A stretch of DNA of 64,000 nt from an uncultured Gammaproteobacteria bacterium (GTDB lineage Bacteria; Patescibacteriota; Patescibacteriia; UBA9934), in NCBI GenBank assembly GCA_964552565.1, contig CAZKGL010000001.1, forward strand, positions 435,061 to 499,060, given 5' to 3'. The translations under genes and the position numbers were made by a program. Below, one piece after another: positions 29,803 through 38,960 of the stretch; positions within the stretch are counted from its first letter, which is position 1; each line of letters begins with the position of its first letter. The notes under the pieces were generated by a model that was not told where the DNA came from, made no database searches, and saw only the letters and a program-made list of their open reading frames with translations.

Positions 29803-31532
29803 ACGCGCAAATCAACAATCCGGAGTTGCAACTCACGGCGCCCGTTCCATATATTTACCTCCAGAGTATACGCGACATCGACGCGGTCGCCCATATGGAG
29901 GCGCGCTGCCCATTCGCCGAAGCCAAAGCCGACGAGCTTCCGCGCCTGTCCCGCGCCGTCAAGCGCCGACAACCGCAGGTGGTTCGCCCTGTTCCCCATC
30001 GTTTCGGCCGCAAGAACGCTGACGCCGCACGCGGCAAATATCGGCGCGCGGTTCCCTTCGCCAAACGGCGCGCACCGCGCGACGTCGCCGAGCAACTCCC
30101 ATGTCGCGTGCTCGAGCGGCAGCTCGACGTCGATCGGGAGCGTCTGCGCCGGTCGCGGCCCGCCAAAGAACGTGCGGGCAAACTCCCCGATGCGGGCTTG
30201 GAAGTCCCGGACCAACGACTCGTCCGCGATAGTGAGGCCGCACGCCTGCGGGTGCCCGCCTTTTCTGACGAACATATCGCCGCACGCGTTCATGGCTTCA
30301 ACCAAATGCAAGCCGCCGACGCTCCGCCCGCTGCCCACGTACTGGCCGCCGACGCGGGCGAATGCGAACGCCGGTACCCCGTAGTCGCCGACAAGACGCC
30401 CGGCGATGAGCCCGACGATGCCGGGAAGCCAATCGTCCTTCCACACCACGAGCACAGGAGCAGCCTCAGCAGCGTCGACCATCGCCCGCGCCTCGTCGTA
30501 TGCCTTTGCGAACATTCCCTGCCGTTCACGGTTCAGCGTCTCGAGCGTCGCCGCGGCGCGCTGTGCGGCAACCATGTCGTCTGCAGCAAGCGCGTCGAAC
30601 GCATGCGACGCCGACGTAAGACGTCCGGCGGCGTTCAACCGCGGGCCGATGCGGAAGCCGATCGTCTCCGTGTCGATGGTATCGAGGTCGACGCCTGCGG
30701 AGGCGAGGATGGCGAGCAGTCCCGGACGTTTTGTCTTGCGCAGCACGGTGAGCCCGAAATGTTCGAGGACGCGGTTCTCGCCGAGGAGCGGCATGACGTC
30801 CGTGACGGTCGCGACCGCAACAAGGTCGAGCATCCACTTTTCGTAGCCGACCGGGAATGCCGCGCCGCGTTTCCGCGCTTCGTCGAAGAGCGCACTCGCG
30901 AGTTTGAACGCGACGCCGGTACCGCACAACACTTTGTTCGGGTACTCCTCGCCCGGCGCGAGGGGATGCAACATGATCGCATGCGCGGGAAGGCGATCTC
31001 CCAACTGGTGGTGGTCGCAAATAACGACGTCAACGCCGAGCTCGTGGGCATGGTCGAGCTGGTCCGCGTTCGCAATACCGCAATCGACGGTAAGCAGCAG
31101 CTTCGTGCCCTCGGCCGCCAGCCGCTCCACCGTGTGCATGGCGACGCCGTAGCCGTCCTTCTCCCGGTCGGGCAGGAATACTCCCAGCCGGCCTGCGGGG
31201 AGGCCGGCGATGTACTGTTGATAGGCGGGGTCCCCGCACCCCGCCATTTTTTTAGCAATGTCTTGGAGCGCGCCGTACAGGAGCGCGCTCCCCGACACGC
31301 CGTCGGCGTCATAATCGCCGTGGATCATGATACGCTCGCCGTTTGCAAGCGCGGCGAAGACGCGGTCGACCGCGTGCCGCATCTTCGTGAACAGCCACGG
31401 CGAATGCGTCCCGCGTTCCCAGTCGGGCGATAAGAACGCCGCGCCGTCGTCCGGGCGGACACCGCGGTTCGCAAGCAGTTGCCGAACAATATCGTCCTCC
31501 ACGCGGGGGGCGATGACCCATTGCCGTTCCAT
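29799..31532 (-). CDS. recJ: Single-stranded-DNA exonuclease RecJ (with ~20-aa palindrome-derived insert)
   Basis: GDYDADG, TVDCGI, DHH, PRLNAAGRL, GSGRS, GGH motifs. Confidence 0.96.
   Translation of the reverse strand: MERQWVIAPRVEDDIVRQLLANRGVRPDDGAAFLSPDWERGTHSPWLFTKMRHAVDRVFAALANGERIMIHGDYDADGVSGSALLYGALQDIAKKMAGCGDPAYQQYIAGLPAGRLGVFLPDREKDGYGVAMHTVERLAAEGTKLLLTVDCGIANADQLDHAHELGVDVVICDHHQLGDRLPAHAIMLHPLAPGEEYPNKVLCGTGVAFKLASALFDEARKRGAAFPVGYEKWMLDLVAVATVTDVMPLLGENRVLEHFGLTVLRKTKRPGLLAILASAGVDLDTIDTETIGFRIGPRLNAAGRLTSASHAFDALAADDMVAAQRAAATLETLNRERQGMFAKAYDEARAMVDAAEAAPVLVVWKDDWLPGIVGLIAGRLVGDYGVPAFAFARVGGQYVGSGRSVGGLHLVEAMNACGDMFVRKGGHPQACGLTIADESLVRDFQARIGEFARTFFGGPRPAQTLPIDVELPLEHATWELLGDVARCAPFGEGNRAPIFAACGVSVLAAETMGNRANHLRLSALDGAGQARKLVGFGFGEWAARLHMGDRVDVAYTLEVNIWNGRRELQLRIVDLRV
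31187..31245. repeat. In-frame REP-like hairpin pair inside recJ
   Basis: Same two 22-mers as 21132-21180, in swapped order. Confidence 0.85.
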
Positions 31533-31584
31533 GAAGCTGTCGTTACGTCGCGCCTCCACGAAGACGCGTCGTCACCACACCTTC

Positions 31585-31680
31585 CTAAAACCCATACGAT
31601 CCCATGGCGAGGATCATGGACACGATGACCAGCAGGGCGACGACCGCCCATGCTTTGCGCGACGCTTCGGAGCGTTTCAT
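31585..31680 (-). CDS. Small single-TM protein (31 aa), absent from the ORF track
   Basis: MKRSEASRKAWAVVALLVIVSMILAMGSYGF*; GGGAG and a TAGAAT box upstream. Confidence 0.6.
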   Translation of the reverse strand: MKRSEASRKAWAVVALLVIVSMILAMGSYGF

Positions 31681-31756
31681 ACGCTCCCATTCTAGCAGAG
31701 TGGCTTCCCGATTCATCCACACCCTTGCCCGTTTTTGCGGGCTCATCTATAGTGAC

Positions 31757-31985
31757 CCCGCCACGCCCGTGACGCACGCGCTCCATAGCGGGGCTCGGTG
31801 CTCCGGGTACCACGTTCACCCTCAGGAACATTGTCGTGCAAGGACTGGCCTGTCCCATGCGAGCCACCCTCCATGAGAAGCATCGGTTTGTTCGAGCATA
31901 CATCGGTCAACTCCGGCTCGCGCACCGCAATCGACATGAGGCCCTTGATCGCCGTCCGGGAGGAGCGGCGATCTTGCCTTTTTCT
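31757..31985 (+). ncRNA. Candidate structured small RNA (unassigned)
   Basis: TTGCCC-17-TATAGT promoter (31725-31753), nested long-range stems, terminator-like hairpin with T tract, no convincing ORF. Confidence 0.35.
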
Positions 31986-32019
31986 GCACTGTCATTATCC
32001 TTATTGCCGGAGGGAAGAA

Positions 32020-32397
32020 ATGACGACATCACCTGCGCTTACGCTCGAAGAGCTCCGCGGCCGGTTTCCGGACAGCGGACGCTGGTACGTCGATGGCTGC
32101 ACGCCGTTCGCCGGCGACGTCGAGGCGATCATCGAGGATGACGGCGGCTTCTACGTCCGCATCCAGCCGACGCACGACCTCGCGCCGGACGGCGACCCGG
32201 TCATCTGCCGCCTGCACTGGGACGACGGCTACCACCTGAGCGCGAAGGCGTTCGGCACGCTGCCCGACCCCGCGCAGCGCCGCATCGCCGCCGCGCTCCA
32301 GACGGAGTTCGATGCGCCCGCGAAAGACGATGACGACGACCCGCGGTGGAAGGCGTCCTACTTCCGTCGCAACCCCGACGAAGACGAGGACCGCTGA
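32020..32397 (+). CDS. Hypothetical acidic protein
   Basis: GGAGG RBS, GC3 bias, stop overlaps the next ATG (TGATG). Confidence 0.7.
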   Translation: MTTSPALTLEELRGRFPDSGRWYVDGCTPFAGDVEAIIEDDGGFYVRIQPTHDLAPDGDPVICRLHWDDGYHLSAKAFGTLPDPAQRRIAAALQTEFDAPAKDDDDDPRWKASYFRRNPDEDEDR

Positions 32398-33020
32398 TGC
32401 CCGGGCCCGAACTCCTGGCGTGGGATCCCGAGGCGCTCACGCGCGGCGACGAGGTGCGGCTCACCGACGCCGATGACGAGGAGGAAGTGTTCTTCTTCGT
32501 CACGAAGGTCACCGAGCACGATCGCGAATACTACTTCTTCGTCGACGGGCCGGAAGACGACGAAGATTCGCTCATGTACATCTTCGTCCTGGAAGAGGTC
32601 GACGAGGGGCAGACGCTCACCGACAACATCGACGCGGTGACGATCGACCGGCTCATGCGCTGGCTGCACGCGCAGTTCGACCAGGATGCGCGGCTTCGGA
32701 CGTCGGCGGCGGCTCCGCGCATCTTCCCGAACCACGTCGAGCTCGAGGATGCAGGGTCCCCGATCGTCGCGTCCGCCCTCTGCCAGGTCGAGATCGACAT
32801 GCGCACCTACGTCTTCTTCCGTGCCGTCGAACCGTTCGAAGGCGCGAGCGAAGGCGGGCTCATGCTCATGACCTTCTACGTCCTCGAAGCGACGAAGACC
32901 AAGGCGGGCATCATCTGGGAGCCCGTCGATGAGGAGGATCGGCTGATGGCGAACGAGCGGATGGCCGAACTGCACGGCGACGCGCCGGATGAGGCCGAAC
33001 CGTCGTACGACGACGCGTGA
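32397..33020 (+). CDS. Acidic protein with two DUF1292-like repeats
   Basis: VRLTDADDEEEVF...REYYFF...MYIFVLE and VELED...RTYVFF...TFYVLE...EPVDEE. Confidence 0.65.
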   Translation: MPGPELLAWDPEALTRGDEVRLTDADDEEEVFFFVTKVTEHDREYYFFVDGPEDDEDSLMYIFVLEEVDEGQTLTDNIDAVTIDRLMRWLHAQFDQDARLRTSAAAPRIFPNHVELEDAGSPIVASALCQVEIDMRTYVFFRAVEPFEGASEGGLMLMTFYVLEATKTKAGIIWEPVDEEDRLMANERMAELHGDAPDEAEPSYDDA

Positions 33021-33132
33021 CATGCACACTCAGGGCGGACCGCGCGATCGCGGCCCGCCCTGGAACTTTTTTTATGGTTCAGCGAGGCTGCCGCGTATGG
33101 CCGCCTTGTCCATTTTGTTATACTGGGCAGGT

Positions 33133-34056
33133 ATGCTCGAGCATGAGGACCACGGCGGGTCGCCAGATTGGACGGCTCCGCAAGAGGCTCGCGAAAAGAA
33201 ACCGTTCGCCCCGGAAGACGGCGGGCAGTATTCGATTGAGGATCCGAACGTTCCGGAACGCTTGAAGCGCGAAGCGACGGAGAAGGCGCTCGGCGCGTGG
33301 CGGAAGCTGCTTGCGGACGTTCCCGACTACGTCGTGTTCGCGAGTACCGCGATGTACCTGCACGGCACCGAGCACGGGATCGACGAGCTCGACGTGCCTC
33401 CGGGGGATTTTGACGTCGCGGTGATGAACAAACAGACGCTCGCCCGTCTTGCGGAACGTTTTGGCAACGTCGACGAGATCACGCTCGACCACGACGGCCA
33501 ACCGCGCCGGTTCGTGGGAGAGGACAGCATGCGCATGAGCGGTACGCTCGCCATCCCGATGGAGTCGGACGGCAAGGAGTTCACGCTCTTGCAGCCGTTC
33601 GAGTTCTACTATAACTCGGTCATCGTCACGCCGCGCGTCCTGCGCACCATCGAGCACGCGCGGGGATTCCGCGTCCTTGGCATGGAAGGACTGCAAGCGC
33701 AGTACGGCAACAACCTCAAACGGGAACTGCAACAGCAGGACGTCATCGACGGCAAGTTCGCGTTCCTCATGGAACACAAAGACGAGCTCGCCGCCGAACT
33801 CGCCCGGCGCGCCAACCACGCCGACGAGGTGCCGCTCGTCCCGTCGCGCCGGTATGCGGAGATTGCGCAGGCGGCCGGGCTCACCCCCGGACAACTCGAA
33901 TCGTTTTTTACGCACGCAGAGGGGCTCGGCGACGCCGACACCCGCATCGCCGCCGAGAAAGCGATCGCAACGCTCCTCAGCGGAAGCAAAACCAAGGTCG
34001 CGAAACGGTGGCACAACGTCGAGCAATTGCAGGACCTTCAGCGCCTTGAGACGTAA
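33133..34056 (+). CDS. Hypothetical protein with nucleotidyltransferase-like motif
   Basis: YVVFASTAMYLHG...PGDFDVAV; TATACT box shortly upstream of the ATG. Confidence 0.65.
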   Translation: MLEHEDHGGSPDWTAPQEAREKKPFAPEDGGQYSIEDPNVPERLKREATEKALGAWRKLLADVPDYVVFASTAMYLHGTEHGIDELDVPPGDFDVAVMNKQTLARLAERFGNVDEITLDHDGQPRRFVGEDSMRMSGTLAIPMESDGKEFTLLQPFEFYYNSVIVTPRVLRTIEHARGFRVLGMEGLQAQYGNNLKRELQQQDVIDGKFAFLMEHKDELAAELARRANHADEVPLVPSRRYAEIAQAAGLTPGQLESFFTHAEGLGDADTRIAAEKAIATLLSGSKTKVAKRWHNVEQLQDLQRLET

Positions 34057-34083
34057 CACGACGGGCCCGCGGGCCCGTCGTGT
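34057..34083. terminator. Bidirectional terminator
   Basis: CACGACGGGCCC-GC-GGGCCCGTCGTG between convergent genes. Confidence 0.7.
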
Positions 34084-35873
34084 TATCGTTTGAGCACTTT
34101 GAGATACGCTTCGCTCGGGATACTCACTTTGCCGACGCCCATTTCGAGCATCTTCTTCTTTCCCTTCTTCTGCTTCTCGAGGAGTTTCATCTTGCGCGTC
34201 ACGTCGCCGCCGTACAACGCGCCAGTAACGTCTTTGCGCATCGCGCTGATGCGTTCGCCGGCGACGACCTTCCCGCCGATCGCGGCCTGCAGCTTGATGA
34301 CGAACTGCTGCTTGGGAATCTCGTCCTTCAAGATTTCGAGCACGCGGCGCCCGACGCGCTCGGCTTCGTCGCGGTACACGAGCGTCGCGAACGCGTCGAC
34401 CGGGTCCTCAGCAACGAGGATGTCGAGTTTCACGACATCTGCCTCGCGGTACGCAAAGACCTCATACCCCATCGAAGCGTACCCGCTGGAAATGCTTTTC
34501 AGCTTGTCGTTGAAGTCCACGATGATCGCCGAAAGCGGGAGCTCGTAGTGCAGCACTGCGCGGCCTTCGGACAGGTACTCCGTGTTCTTGTAGATGCCGC
34601 GCCGCTCCTGGCAGAGGCCCATGATGCCGCCGATGTCGTCGGGGCGCGCGATGATGTCGACCTTCGCCCACGGCTCCTCAATCGTATCGATGAAACTCGG
34701 GTCCGGCAGGTCGAGCGCGCTCTTGATGACCTCGTACTCCGTACTGCCGCTGCGGTAGATGCGGTACGCCACGGACGGCAGCGTCACGACGAGCTCGATG
34801 CGGAACTCGCGCGACAGGCGCTCCTTGAGGATTTCAAGGTGAAGCATGCCGAGGAAGCCGCAGCGGAAACCGTAGCCGAGCGCGGGTGAATGTTCCGGCT
34901 CGTACACGAGCGCCGCGTCGTTCAGCTTGAGGCGGTCCATCGCCTCGCGCAGCTGTTGGTACTCGTCGCCGGACGCCGGGAAGATGCCGGCGAACACCAT
35001 CGGCCGTACCTCGCGGTAGCCCTCGAGCACGACCGTGCTCGGGTTGTTGGCAAGCGTGATCGTGTCGCCGACGCGGCAGGCGCGGATGTCCTTGAGGCCG
35101 GTGACGATGTAGCCGATCTGCCCGGTCTCGAGCTCGTCCATCGCCGCGAACTTCGGCTTCAGCGCGCCGAGCTCGAGCACTTCGCCGTCCGCCAGCGTCG
35201 CCATCATCTTCAGCCGGTCGCGTTTACGGAAGGCGCCGTCGACGACGCGGACATACGCGACGACGCCTTTGTAGTCGTCGTATGCCGAATCGAAGATGAG
35301 TGCGCGCGGCGGGGCGGCGGCGTCGCCCTTCGGCGACGGAATGCGCGCGACGATCGCATCGAGCAACTCCATGACGCCTTCGCCGGTCTTGCCGGAGACG
35401 CACAAAATATCCTCGCGGCGGCACCCGATGAGCTTCATGAGTTCTTCCGCCCGCTTCGGGACGTCCGCGGCCGGAAGGTCGATCTTGTTCAAGACGGGGA
35501 TAATCGTCAGGTTCTCTTCAATGGCCAGGTACAGGTTGGCGATGGTCTGCGCCTGTACGCCCTGCGTCGCGTCGACAAGCAATACCGCGCCGTCCACCGC
35601 GGCGAGCGAACGGGAGACTTCGTAGTTGAAGTCGATGTGGCCCGGCGTGTCGATGAGGTTGAGCGTCGTCCCCCGCCATTCCATGCGGGCCGGAGCGAGC
35701 TTGATGGTGATACCGCGCTCCCGCTCGATATCCATGCTGTCGAGAAGCTGATCTTTCATCTGCCGTTTGTCGACCGTGCCGGTAACTTCAAGCAACCGGT
35801 CGGAAAGCGTGCTTTTTCCGTGGTCGATGTGGGCAATGATGCAGAAATTGCGAATGCGCTCCTGGGAAACCAT
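34083..35873 (-). CDS. lepA: Elongation factor 4 LepA
   Basis: IRNFCIIAHIDHGKSTL, ERGITIK, GFRCGFLGMLH, KLLEKQKKGK. Confidence 0.98.
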   Translation of the reverse strand: MVSQERIRNFCIIAHIDHGKSTLSDRLLEVTGTVDKRQMKDQLLDSMDIERERGITIKLAPARMEWRGTTLNLIDTPGHIDFNYEVSRSLAAVDGAVLLVDATQGVQAQTIANLYLAIEENLTIIPVLNKIDLPAADVPKRAEELMKLIGCRREDILCVSGKTGEGVMELLDAIVARIPSPKGDAAAPPRALIFDSAYDDYKGVVAYVRVVDGAFRKRDRLKMMATLADGEVLELGALKPKFAAMDELETGQIGYIVTGLKDIRACRVGDTITLANNPSTVVLEGYREVRPMVFAGIFPASGDEYQQLREAMDRLKLNDAALVYEPEHSPALGYGFRCGFLGMLHLEILKERLSREFRIELVVTLPSVAYRIYRSGSTEYEVIKSALDLPDPSFIDTIEEPWAKVDIIARPDDIGGIMGLCQERRGIYKNTEYLSEGRAVLHYELPLSAIIVDFNDKLKSISSGYASMGYEVFAYREADVVKLDILVAEDPVDAFATLVYRDEAERVGRRVLEILKDEIPKQQFVIKLQAAIGGKVVAGERISAMRKDVTGALYGGDVTRKMKLLEKQKKGKKKMLEMGVGKVSIPSEAYLKVLKR

Positions 35874-35932
35874 ACGTTGGCCGGAATGATAGCAGAAAAT
35901 GCCATTTTTTCGCTAGTTTTCCACCTTTTCGC

Positions 35933-35961
35933 TTGACGAAACCCTATTTCTTTGCTAATTT
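35933..35961 (+). promoter_or_regulatory. Putative sigma70 promoter
   Basis: TTGACG-17 bp-TAATTT preceded by TG. Confidence 0.55.
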
Positions 35962-36050
35962 CTAGACTTTTCTCGTGGCTGAGGCAGCCATGGAAAAGCC
36001 CCTCCCCTCAGGGAATCCACCCGAACGCCCCACAAGGAGGCTCGGAACCC

Positions 36051-36389
36051 ATGTCCCAACCCGCCGTGCAGCAGATCGTCGAGGCCGCAGAGCGGCGCAC
36101 CCTCACGATCGAGATGATCGAGGCCGCCGCCCGGAACACCCAGCGCGTGGGCCGCAAGGAGCTCGCCAGCGCGCTGAAGACCGCGTCGCGGTCCATGCCG
36201 ACGCTGGTCGACCAGGCCTGCCGCACCAGCGCCGTCACCAAGGACCGGCTGGGCGCAGAGCTCGTCGAAGAGGTGCGGCGCCACACGGATGCCGGCGACA
36301 TCCCGATCACGAGCGACATGACGTTCGACCGCATCATGCGGATCATCGCCTCACGGCTTCGGGAACCGGGGTACCGGATGACGGGATAG
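36051..36389 (+). CDS. Hypothetical helical protein
   Basis: AAGGAGG RBS, own promoter and downstream hairpin. Confidence 0.7.
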   Translation: MSQPAVQQIVEAAERRTLTIEMIEAAARNTQRVGRKELASALKTASRSMPTLVDQACRTSAVTKDRLGAELVEEVRRHTDAGDIPITSDMTFDRIMRIIASRLREPGYRMTG

Positions 36390-36448
36390 GGTTCACGGAA
36401 ACACGGACGGCAGGAGCTCCCACTCGGGACTCCTGCCGTTGCTCGTTG

Positions 36449-37564
36449 TTATGCAGCAATGACGCCGCTACCGATGAGTTCGTCGCCGTCGTAGAACGCG
36501 ATGAACTGCCCCGGCGCGACGGCGCGCTGCGGCGTGTCGAAGGTGACGACCACCCCCGAACCCCCTCCATGAATGGAGGGGGACTTCGCTCCCTCTTGGC
36601 TACCCCCATTCATGGGGGCTAGGGGGTAGACGACACACGGGGCGAGCGGCTGGCGGTAGCGGATGCGCGCCGCGATTTTTTTGTTTTGCGCGTCCGTGAG
36701 GTTGCCCGGAACGGTCTCCGTCAGGTCCGTCGCAACGAGTGCGGAACGGTACAGCGCCGGATCCTCGTCCCCAACCGCGACCACGACCTCGTTCGTCTCC
36801 GGACGGCGTTCGACGACATAGAGCGGCGTCCCGCCGCCGACACCAAGCCCCTCGCGCTGGCCGATGGTGTAGAACGCGAACCCCTTGTGCGTGCCGAGGA
36901 CCTTTCCGTCCGTCGTCACAATGTTTCCCTCGTGCGGCGCAATGCGTTCGGCAAGGAAATCGACCATGTCGACTTTGCCGACAAAGCAGATACCTTGGCT
37001 GTCCTTTTTCTCCGCGACCGGAAGCGCAAACTTCCGTGCACGCTCGCGCACCTCGGGTTTCGTGTACTCGCCAATCGGGAAGATGACGCGGCGCAACTGC
37101 TCCTGCGTCAACTGACAAAGGAAGTAGCTTTGGTCCTTGTTCGTGTCGACGCCGGCATACAACCGCCCGTCCTTCACGCGGGCGTAGTGCCCGGTTGCCA
37201 CGAAGGCGCACCCCAGCGCGTCCGCTTCGCGGAGGAACAGGTCGAACTTCATGTACTTGTTGCACCGCACGTCCGGATTCGGTGTGCGTCCCGCCCTGTA
37301 CTCGGCGATCATGTACTCGTATACCTTGCGGCGATACTCCTCCTCAAAGTCGAACGTATGGAATGGGATACCGAGCTGCGCTGCGACCCGCATCGCGTCG
37401 CGCCGCTCCGCGCGCCAGCCGCAACTTTCGTCCTCAGTCCCGTCGCTCCAGTTCTTCATGAATCCGCCGACGACCTCATAACCCTGTTCCAACAGCAATG
37501 CCGCGCTGACGCTTGAGTCAACGCCGCCAGAGAGGCCCACAAGGACGCGAGGCTTCGGCTGCAT
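36449..37564 (-). CDS. mnmA: tRNA 2-thiouridylase MnmA (with in-frame repeat insertion near C-terminus)
   Basis: SGGVDSS, TPNPD..CN, ATGHYA, KDQSYFL, DSQGICF, APGQ. Confidence 0.97.
   Translation of the reverse strand: MQPKPRVLVGLSGGVDSSVSAALLLEQGYEVVGGFMKNWSDGTEDESCGWRAERRDAMRVAAQLGIPFHTFDFEEEYRRKVYEYMIAEYRAGRTPNPDVRCNKYMKFDLFLREADALGCAFVATGHYARVKDGRLYAGVDTNKDQSYFLCQLTQEQLRRVIFPIGEYTKPEVRERARKFALPVAEKKDSQGICFVGKVDMVDFLAERIAPHEGNIVTTDGKVLGTHKGFAFYTIGQREGLGVGGGTPLYVVERRPETNEVVVAVGDEDPALYRSALVATDLTETVPGNLTDAQNKKIAARIRYRQPLAPCVVYPLAPMNGGSQEGAKSPSIHGGGSGVVVTFDTPQRAVAPGQFIAFYDGDELIGSGVIAA
36549..36627. repeat. 79-bp double-hairpin REP-like element inside mnmA
   Basis: Differs from 40750-40828 at 7 positions by manual alignment. 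Confidence 0.9.
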
Positions 37565-37576
37565 AAGCGCAGCATG

Positions 37577-38266
37577 CTACCCGACTGTACGGAAGATGTC
37601 GAGCTCTGGCTCTGCGGCAACGGTGATGCGCTCCTTCGTGACCGGTTGGTCAAACTCGAGCGACCGGGCGAACAGCCCGATGGCGCCGCTGTGACCCTCC
37701 CCCTGCCCGAGGGGGAGTTGGAGGGGGTGGGAGGCGCCGTATTTTTTGTCGCCGACGATCGGGGTGCCGAGCGATGCCATGGCCACGCGAATCTGGTGCG
37801 GCCGTCCTGTTGCGGGTTGCACCTCGACAAGCGATCGCCCGTCCTTGGACGCGAGGACGCGGTACGAGAGTTGCGCCCGCTGCGAATCCGGGACCTCGTG
37901 GTCGTACGCGGTCACGAAATTCTTCGCCTCGTCCTTCACCAGCCACTGGATCACATCGCCTGCGGTTTTTTCCGGCCTGCCTTCCACGACCGCCCAATAC
38001 GTCTTGTCGATGCTGTGCGAACGGAACTGTTCAGACAGGCGGCTCGCGCCCTTCGATGTCTTTGCGAACAGCACGACGCCCCCGACCGGCCGGTCGAGGC
38101 GGTGGAGCAGCCCCAAAAACACGTTGCCGGGCTTCGCGTCGCGCGACTTCAGCAATGCTTTTACTTCGTCCATCACATTGACGTCCCCTGTCTCGTCGCC
38201 CTGCGTCAGCATGCCGTGCGGTTTGCGGACGGCAATCAGGTGGTTATCTTCGTAGAGGATGTCCAT
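37577..38266 (-). CDS. RluA-family RNA pseudouridine synthase
   Basis: LYEDNHLIAVRKP, HRLDRPVGG, TGRPHQIR, PIVGDKKYG. Confidence 0.93.
   Translation of the reverse strand: MDILYEDNHLIAVRKPHGMLTQGDETGDVNVMDEVKALLKSRDAKPGNVFLGLLHRLDRPVGGVVLFAKTSKGASRLSEQFRSHSIDKTYWAVVEGRPEKTAGDVIQWLVKDEAKNFVTAYDHEVPDSQRAQLSYRVLASKDGRSLVEVQPATGRPHQIRVAMASLGTPIVGDKKYGASHPLQLPLGQGEGHSGAIGLFARSLEFDQPVTKERITVAAEPELDIFRTVG
37695..37728. repeat. Single REP-like unit inside the rluA-like gene
   Basis: Minus strand ACCCCCTCCAA-CTCCCCCT-CGGGC-AGGGGGAG-GG. Confidence 0.7.
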
Positions 38267-38330
38267 ACCGCCGAAAGATTAACATATGGCGGACGGAGGC
38301 GCTACTACGGCGGCGTCCGGATAAATAGCG

Positions 38331-38364
38331 GCTTCATAATTTTGCGATCGTGAAGTTATGAAGC
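38331..38364. repeat. 34-bp CGATCG-centred palindrome (dispersed family member)
   Basis: GCTTCATAATTTTG-CGATCG-TGAAGTTATGAAGC. Confidence 0.7.
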
Positions 38365-38384
38365 TTCGCAGCTGTCAGCTACAT

Positions 38385-38957
38385 CTATTGCTCCTTGATG
38401 CCGAACTTCTTGAATATCCCCTCAACCGTCGATTGTTGCGCTTCGGTGTCCGCGGCAAGCACGACCGCCTCGCCGTCGTCCCAATGCAACGTGTAGAGGT
38501 ATTTCGGCCCGCGGTGGGTCGCCGTGTTCCGCTTCGAGTATGTCACGCCCTCCCCCGAAAGCTGCTCGTCCTCGCTTCCCTTCTGCCGCCGCAACTCGCC
38601 CGTCTCTTTGTTGTAGATGTACAGCGTGTCGCGGCTTGCAATCCCGTCCGTTGCGCGGTCCGCAACCTGCGCGCGGCCTACGCCAAACATGCTCCACGAC
38701 CCGACCGCAAGCATGAGGCACAACGCGCCGAATACGATGGCGGCGACCGCCCCCGTTTTCCCATTCGCGACCGCGATGCCGCCGGGGACGATGAAGAGCG
38801 CCCCCAGAATAAGGCACCATGCAATCAGCCACGGCCAGGTCTTCACGGTCGTCTCGTTGAATGGCGCAAATCGGATAATGAGCAGGTCGTCCTGCGCAAG
38901 CACGCCGTACTGCAGCAGTTCGTACAAGGATTCTGCCCCTGCGATCGTTGCAAGCAT
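38385..38957 (-). CDS. Hypothetical membrane protein
   Basis: Two TM helices plus soluble C-terminal domain; follows the methyltransferase gene. Confidence 0.7.
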   Translation of the reverse strand: MLATIAGAESLYELLQYGVLAQDDLLIIRFAPFNETTVKTWPWLIAWCLILGALFIVPGGIAVANGKTGAVAAIVFGALCLMLAVGSWSMFGVGRAQVADRATDGIASRDTLYIYNKETGELRRQKGSEDEQLSGEGVTYSKRNTATHRGPKYLYTLHWDDGEAVVLAADTEAQQSTVEGIFKKFGIKEQ

Positions 38958-38960
38958 AGA

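Noticed and set aside
31947-31973. SRP (4.5S) RNA suggested by TCC-GGGA-GGA-GC
   Set aside because: Lacks the conserved CAGG / AGCAG internal loop of SRP domain IV and is followed by a T tract, so it reads better as a terminator.
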